From assembly GCA_965235115.1 (NCBI GenBank), contig OZ249436.1, forward strand, positions 24,368,001 to 24,432,000: a stretch of DNA of 64,000 bases. Direction: 5' to 3'. The stretch's first letter is position 1, and each line of letters starts with the position of its first letter. Position numbers and translations under genes: made by a program. Below, piece by piece: positions 56,501-64,000 of this stretch. Under the pieces are notes generated by a model. It saw only the letters and a list, made by a program, of their open reading frames with translations, searched no databases and was not told the DNA's origin. The stretch is from Laetmonice hystrix (Eukaryota).

Positions 56501-59500
56501 GCCTAAAACGAGTTTCCAATTAATTTAAAGTTAACAAGATGCACTAATAATCGATTCCAAGCCTAATTAGGCCATTGCTAGTTGGATAACCAAATCTCAT
56601 ACAAAATACACCCTCCCGGCAGATGACCTGAGAATATTCAACTCTTATGTCCGATATATCCCTGTCCGCTTAGTAGCACCCAGCCGGGCCCCCATTTTGA
56701 CATTGCAACACCAATACAGCAAGTGCCCAGCTAACAGCACAAATAACAGGATTCAGGGCTTCCTACCACGTTACAAGTCACAATAGATTGCTGCCTGTCG
56801 TAAAAATATACCAGACCATTTTAAAAAGTCACAGAACCCCAATCCGGCCCTAATATGTCACTCCCAGTACCAATACACGCTGGAAGCACCATCAACTGAA
56901 ATTCAGGCCTAGAACCCACCTCTCTCTACCAATATCATGCACCTAGTCCGTATACGAGGTTGTAATTTACTTTAATCAACGGGCTGCGCCGCAGCAACCC
57001 ACTCTGGTCTTTGCAATCTTTTTCAATATGCGTTAACATTTGTAACCAGCTCAACGCGCCTTGTAAAATTTTTCAAAGTGCGTAAAAGTGTGTGTCCACC
57101 CCGACACGCTTTCCAAACCACTATACCCACCGAGCGACATCCACTCAAATACAGGCTTCGACCGATCCTCACTGTGCCAATAATCCGCCACAAGGCAAAT
57201 TCAGTCAATGCAAGCTGGAAAATCGAATGTCAAACCTAATGCTCCCCCCCCCCAGCACGTTAACTGAAAATAATCAACTAGCTTGAAAACTAGAATATAG
57301 CTTTGTTAAGCTAACAATCTACTCTCCCAGCGCCATCAACTCGCATACAGGCGTAAAAGCAAACGCACTGCCCCATATAATGCTTCCAGCCTAAAACGAT
57401 GTTGCAATTAATTTAAAATTAACAAGATGCACTAGTAATCCGATCCAAGCCTAATTACGTCATTGCTAGTTTCATAACCAAATCTCACAGAAAATACCCC
57501 ACCCGCGCACATAACCTGAAAATATTCAACTTTTATCTCCAATGTATCCCTGTGCACCTAGTAGCACCCAAGCGGGCCCAATTTTGACATTCCAACACAA
57601 ATACCGCAAATACCCGCCTAATGGCACAAAAAACTTTCTACCCCGTTGCAAGTCACATTAGCTTGCTGCTTGTCGTAAAAAATGGTGCAGACCATTTCTA
57701 AAGTCACAGTACCCCACTCCCGGCCTAATATTACGTTTCAGTATCCATATACGCTGCAAGCGGCAGGAACTCGAATACAGGCCTAAAAGTAACCCCAGTC
57801 TAGCAATATCATACTCTCATGCCATATACGAGCTTGTAATTATCTTTAATTAATGGGCTCCGCAGCACCAACCCACTGCATTAACATTTGTTTAACAGCT
57901 TAACGCACCTTGTAAAAAATTTTCAAGTGCGTAAAAATGCGTGTCCACCTCCACATACTTTAAAAATCACTATACCCACCCAGCGACATTCACTCTAATA
58001 CACGCCTAAGAGGAACTTCACTGTCCCATTTGATTCTCCAGCACGTATAGGATGTTTCAAGTAACATTTATCCACGGTCTGGCCCAATAACGTGCAACAA
58101 GGCATAGTAAGTCAATGCGACCTCGCATGTCAAACCTAACCCGCCCCCCAGCACATGAGCTGGAGATATTCAAATAGCTTGAAAACTAGAATATAGCTTT
58201 GCTTAATACCATTATACCATCAACTCGCATTACAGGCCTAATGCGAAGCTCCCAGCCTAAAACGAGTTTCCAATTAATTTAAAGTTAACAAGATGCACTA
58301 ATAATCGATTCCAAGCCTAATTAGGCCATTGCTAGTTGGATAACCAAATCTCATACAAAATACACCCTCCCGGCAGATGACCTGAGAATATTCAACTCTT
58401 ATGTCCGATATATCCCTGTCCGCTTAGTAGCACCCAGCCGGGCCCCCATTTTGACATTGCAACACCAATACAGCAAGTGCCCAGCTAACAGCACAAATAA
58501 CAGGATTCAGGGCTTCCTACCACGTTACAAGTCACAATAGATTGCTGCCTGTCGTAAAAATATACCAGACCATTTTAAAAAGTCACAGAACCCCAATCCG
58601 GCCCTAATATGTCACTCCCAGTACCAATAGACGCTGGAAGCACCATCAACTGAAATTCAGGCCTAGAACCCACCTCTCTCTACCAATATCATGCACCTAG
58701 TCCGTATACGAGGTTGTAATTTACTTTAATCAACGGGCTGCGCCGCAGCAACCCACTCTGGTCTTTGCAATCTTTTTCAATATGCGTTAACATTTGTGAC
58801 CAGCTCAACGCGCCTTGTAAAATTTTTCAAAGTGCGTAAAAGTGTGTGTCCACCCCGACACGCTTTCCAAACCACTATACCCACCGAGCGACATCCACTC
58901 AAATACAGGCTTCGACCGATCCTCACTGTGCCAATAATCCGCCACAAGGCAAATTCAGTCAATGCAAGCTGGAAAATCGAATGTCAAACCTAATGCTCCC
59001 CCCCCCCCCAGCACGTTAACTGAAAATAATCAACTAGCTTGAAAACTAGAATATAGCTTTGTTAAGCTAACAATCTACTCTCCCAGCGCCATCAACTCGC
59101 ATACAGGCGTAAAAGCAAACGCACTGCCCCATATAATGCTCCCAGCCTAAAACGATGTTGCAATTAATTTAAAATTAACAAGATGCACTAGTAATCCGAT
59201 CCAAGCCTAATTACGTCATTGCTAGTTTCATAACCAAATCTCACAGAAAATACCCCACCCGCGCACATAACCTGAAAATATTTAACTTTTATCTCCAATG
59301 TATCCCTGTGCACCTAGTAGCACACAAGCGGGCCCAATTTTGACATCCCAACACAAATACCGCAAATACCCGCCTAATGGCACAAAAAACTTTCTACCCC
59401 GTTGCAAGTCACATTAGCGTGCTGCTTGTCGTAAAAAATGGTGCAGACCATTTCTAAAGTCACAGTACCCCACTCCCGGCCTAATATTACGTTTCAGTAT

Positions 59501-62500
59501 CCATATACGCTGCAAGCGGCAGGAACTCGAATACAGGCCTAAAAGTAACCTCAGTCTAGCAATATCATACTCCCATGCCATATACGAGCTTGTAATTATC
59601 TTTAATTAATGGGCTCCGCAGCACCAACCCACTGCATTAACATTTGTTTAACAGCTTAACGCACCTTGTAAAATTTTTTCAAGTGCGTAAAAATGCGTGT
59701 CCACCTCCACATACTTTAAAAATCACTATACCCACCCAGCGACATCCACTCTAATACACGCCTAAGAGGAACTTCACTGTCCCATTTGATTCTCCAGCAC
59801 GTATAGGATGTTTCAAGTAACATTCATCCACGGTCTGGCCCAATAACGTGCAGCAAGGCATAGTAAGTCAATGCGAGCTCGCATGTCAAACCTAACCCGC
59901 CCCCAAGCACATGAGCTGAAAATATTCAAATAGCTTGAAAACTAGAATATAGCTTTGCTTAATACCATTATACCATCAACTCGCATTACAGGCCTAATGC
60001 GAAGCTCCCAGCCTAAAACGAGTTTCCAATTAATTTAAAGTTAACAAGATGCACTAATAATCGATTCCAAGCCTAATTAGGCCATTGCTAGTTGGATAAC
60101 CAAATCTCATACAAAATACACCCTCCCGGCAGATGACCTGAGAATATTCAACTCTTATGTCCGATATATCCCTGTCCGCTTAGTAGCACCCAGCCGGGCC
60201 CCCATTTTGACATTGCAACACCAATACAGCAAGTGCCCAGCTAACAGCACAAATAACAGGATTCAGGGCTTCCTACCACGTTACAAGTCACAATAGATTG
60301 CTGCCTGTCGTAAAAATATACCAGACCATTTTAAAAAGTCACAGAACCCCAATCCGGCCCTAATATGTCACTCCCAGTACCAATACACGCTGGAAGCACC
60401 ATCAACTGAAATTCAGGCCTAGAACCCACCTCTCTCTACCAATATCATGCACCTAGTCCGTATACGAGGTTGTAATTTACTTTAATCAACGGGCTGCGCC
60501 GCAGCAACCCACTCTGGTCTTTGCAATCTTTTTCAATATGCGTTAACATTTGTGACCAGCTCAACGCGCCTTGTAAAATTTTTCAAAGTGCGTAAAAGTG
60601 TGTGTCCACCCCGACACGCTTTCCAAACCACTATACCCACCGAGCGACATCCACTCAAATACAGGCTTCGACCGATCCTCACTGTGCCAATAATCCGCCA
60701 CAAGGCAAATTCAGTCAATGCAAGCTGGAAAATCGAATGTCAAACCTAATGCTCCCCCCCCAGCACGTTAACTGAAAAAAATCAACTAGCTTGAAAACTA
60801 GAATATAGCTTTGTTTAGCTAACAATCTACTCTCCCAGCGCCATCAACTCGCATACAGGCGTAAAAGCAAACGCACTGCCCCATATAATGCTCCCAGCCT
60901 AAAACGATGTTGCAATTAATTTAAAATTAACAAGATGCACTAGTAATCCGATCCAAGCTTAATTACGTCATTGCTAGTTTCATAACCAAATCTCACAGAA
61001 AATACCCCACCCGGGCACATAACCTGAAAATATTCAACTTTTATCTCCAATGTATCCCTGTGCACCTAGTAGCACCCAAGCGGGCCCAATTTTGACATCC
61101 CAACACAAATACCGCAAATACCCGCCTAATGGCACAAAAAACTTTCTACCCCGTTGCAAGTCACATTAGCGTGCTGCTTGTCGTAAAAAATGGTGCAGAC
61201 CATTTCTAAAGTCACAGTACCCCACTCCCGGCCTAATATTACGTTTCAGTATCCATATACGCTGCAAGCGGCAGGAACTCGAATACAGGCCTAAAAGTAA
61301 CCTCAGTCTAGCAATATCATACTCCCATGCCATATACGAGCTTGTAATTATCTTTAATTAATGGGCTCCGCAGCACCAACCCACTGCATTAACATTTGTT
61401 TAACAGCTTAACACACCTTGTAAAATTTTTTCAAGTGCGTAAAAATGCGTGTCCACCTCCACATACTTTAAAAATCACTATACCCACCCAGCGACATCCA
61501 CTCTAATACACGCCTAAAAGGAACTTCACTGTCCCATTTGATTCTCCAGCACGTATAGGATGTTTCAAGTAACATTCATCCACGGTCTGGCCCAATAACG
61601 TGCAACAAGGCATAGTAAGTCAATGCGAGCTCGCATGTCAAACCTAACCCGCCCCCAAGCACATGAGCTGAAAATATTCAAATAGCTTGAAAACTAGAAT
61701 ATAGCTTTGCTTAATACCATTATACCATCAACTCGCATTACAGGCCTAATGCGAAGCTCCCAGCCTAAAACGAGTTTCCAATTAATTTAAAGTTAACAAG
61801 ATGCACTAATAATCGATTCCAAGCCTAATTAGGCCATTGCTAGTTGGATAACCAAATCTCATACAAAATACACCCTCCCGGCAGATGACCTGAGAATATT
61901 CAACTCTTATGTCCGATATATCCCTGTCCGCTTAGTAGCACCCAGCCGGGCCCCCATTTTGACATTGCAACACCAATACAGCAAGTGCCCAGCTAACAGC
62001 ACAAATAACAGGATTCAGGGCTTCCTACCACGTTACAAGTCACAATAGATTGCTGCCTGTCGTAAAAATATACCAGACCATTTTAAAAAGTCACAGAACC
62101 CCAATCCGGCCCTAATATGTCACTCCCAGTACCAATAGACGCTGGAAGCACCATCAACTGAAATTCAGGCCTAGAACCCACCTCTCTCTACCAATATCAT
62201 GCACCTAGTCCGTATACGAGGTTGTAATTTCCTTTAATCAACGGGCTGCGCCGCAGCAACCCACTCTGGTCTTTGCAATCTTTTTCAATATGCGTTAACA
62301 TTTGTGACCAGCTCAACGCGCCTTGTAAAATTTTTCAAAGTGCGTAAAAGTGTGTGTCCACCCCGACACGCTTTCCAAACCACTATACCCACCGAGCGAC
62401 ATCCACTCAAATACAGGCTTCGACCGATCCTCACTGTGCCAATAATCCGCCACAAGGCAAATTCAGTCAATGCAAGCTGGAAAATCGAATGTCAAACCTA

Positions 62501-63118
62501 ATGCTCCCCCCCCAGCACGTTAACTGAAAAAAATCAACTAGCTTGAAAACTAGAATATAGCTTTGTTTAGCTAACAATCTACTCTCCCAGCGCCATCAAC
62601 TCGCATACAGGCGTAAAAGCAAACGCACTGCCCCATATAATGCTCCCAGCATAAAACGATGTTGCAATTAATTTAAAATTAACAAGATGCACTAGTAATC
62701 CGATCCAAGCTTAATTACGTCATTGCTAGTTTCATAACCAAATCTCACAGAAAATACCCCACCCGGGCACATAACCTGAAAATATTCAACTTTTATCTCC
62801 AATGTATCCCTGTGCACCTAGTAGCACCCAAGCGGGCCCAATTTTGACATTCCAACACAAATACCGCAAATACCCGCCTAATGGCACAAAAAACTTTCTA
62901 CCCCGTTGCAAGTCACATTAGCTTGCTGCTTGTCGTAAAAAATGGTGCAGACCATTTCTAAAGTCACAGTACCCCACTCCCGGCCTAATATTACGTTTCA
63001 GTATCCATATACGCTGCAAGCGGCAGGAACTCGAATACAGGCCTAAAAGTAACCCCAGTCTAGCAATATCATACTCTCATGCCATATACGAGCTTGTAAT
63101 TATCTTTAATTAATGGGC

Positions 63119-64000
63119 TCCGCAGCACCAACCCACTGCATTAACATTTGTTTAACAGCTTAACGCACCTTGTAAAAAAATTTTCAAGTGCGTAAAAATG
63201 CGTGTCCACCTCCACATACTTTAAAAATCACTATACCCACCCAGCGACATTCACTCTAATACACGCCTAAGAGGAACTTCACTGTCCCATTTGATTCTCC
63301 AGCACGTATAGGATGTTTCAAGTAACATTTATCCACGGTCTGGCCCAATAACGTGCAACAAGGCATAGTAAGTCAATGCGACCTCGCATGTCAAACCTAA
63401 CCCGCCCCCCAGCACATGAGCTGAAAATATTCAAATAGCTTGAAAACTAGAATATAGCTTTGCTTAATACCATTATACCATCAACTCGCATTACAGGCCT
63501 AATGCGAAGCTCCCAGCCTAAAACGAGTTTCCAATTAATTTAAAGTTAACAAGATGCACTAATAATCGATTCCAAGCCTAATTAGGCCATTGCTAGTTGG
63601 ATAACCAAATCTCATACAAAATACACCCTCCCGGCAGATGACCTGAGAATATTCAACTCTTATGTCCGATATATCCCTGTCCGCTTAGTAGCACCCAGCC
63701 GGGCCCCCATTTTGACATTGCAACACCAATACAGCAAGTGCCCAGCTAACAGCACAAATAACAGGATTCAGGGCTTCCTACCACGTTACAAGTCACAATA
63801 GATTGCTGCCTGTCGTAAAAATATACCAGACCATTTTAAAAAGTCACAGAACCCCAATCCGGCCCTAATATGTCACTCCCAGTACCAATACACGCTGGAA
63901 GCACCATCAACTGAAATTCAGGCCTAGAACCCACCTCTCTCTACCAATATCATGCACCTAGTCCGTATACGAGGTTGTAATTTACTTTAATCAACGGGCT
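63119..64000. repeat. Partial unit 37 (half A only), truncated by the window end
   Basis: Starts with the unit start motif at 63119 and ends at ...aatcaacgggct, the A/B junction. Confidence 0.97.

Larger units (their letters stand above)
1..64000. repeat. Head-to-tail tandem array of a ~1753 bp unit, 36 complete copies plus one partial copy; array runs off both window ends
   Basis: The start motif tccgcagcaccaacccactgcattaac recurs at 1, 1754, 3507, 5260, 7013, 8766, 10523 ... 61367, 63119. The recurring 61 aa ORF in the track is spaced about 1752-1757 bp apart throughout. No insertion, inversion or unique sequence was seen. Confidence 0.99.

Noticed and set aside
1..64000. Rolling-circle or concatemer artefact of a 1.75 kb circle
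   Set aside because: Units carry linked, ordered and recombining SNP haplotypes, which copies of a single template with random errors would not show. Local copy number could still be misassembled.

Overview
The whole 64 kb window is one head-to-tail tandem array (satellite/macrosatellite DNA) of about 36.5 copies of a ~1753 bp unit, all in the same orientation and differing only by scattered SNPs and homopolymer lengths. I see no credible protein-coding gene, RNA gene, mobile element or CRISPR array; the short ORFs in the track are the same few chance frames repeated once per unit. The interest is the nested architecture. Each unit is a dimer of two diverged ~875 bp halves (A and B), and each half appears to be built from four older ~190-250 bp monomers. 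Above the unit, SNP haplotypes alternate with a 2-unit (3.5 kb) period and form 4- and 6-unit (7.0 and 10.5 kb) higher-order repeats, with recombinant units marking unequal exchanges. A 27 bp block is identical between the halves and half A carries several perfect dyads. This resembles a eukaryotic centromeric/pericentromeric higher-order satellite, but that is inference: I cannot identify the organism or repeat family, and all alignments and unit typing were done by eye.
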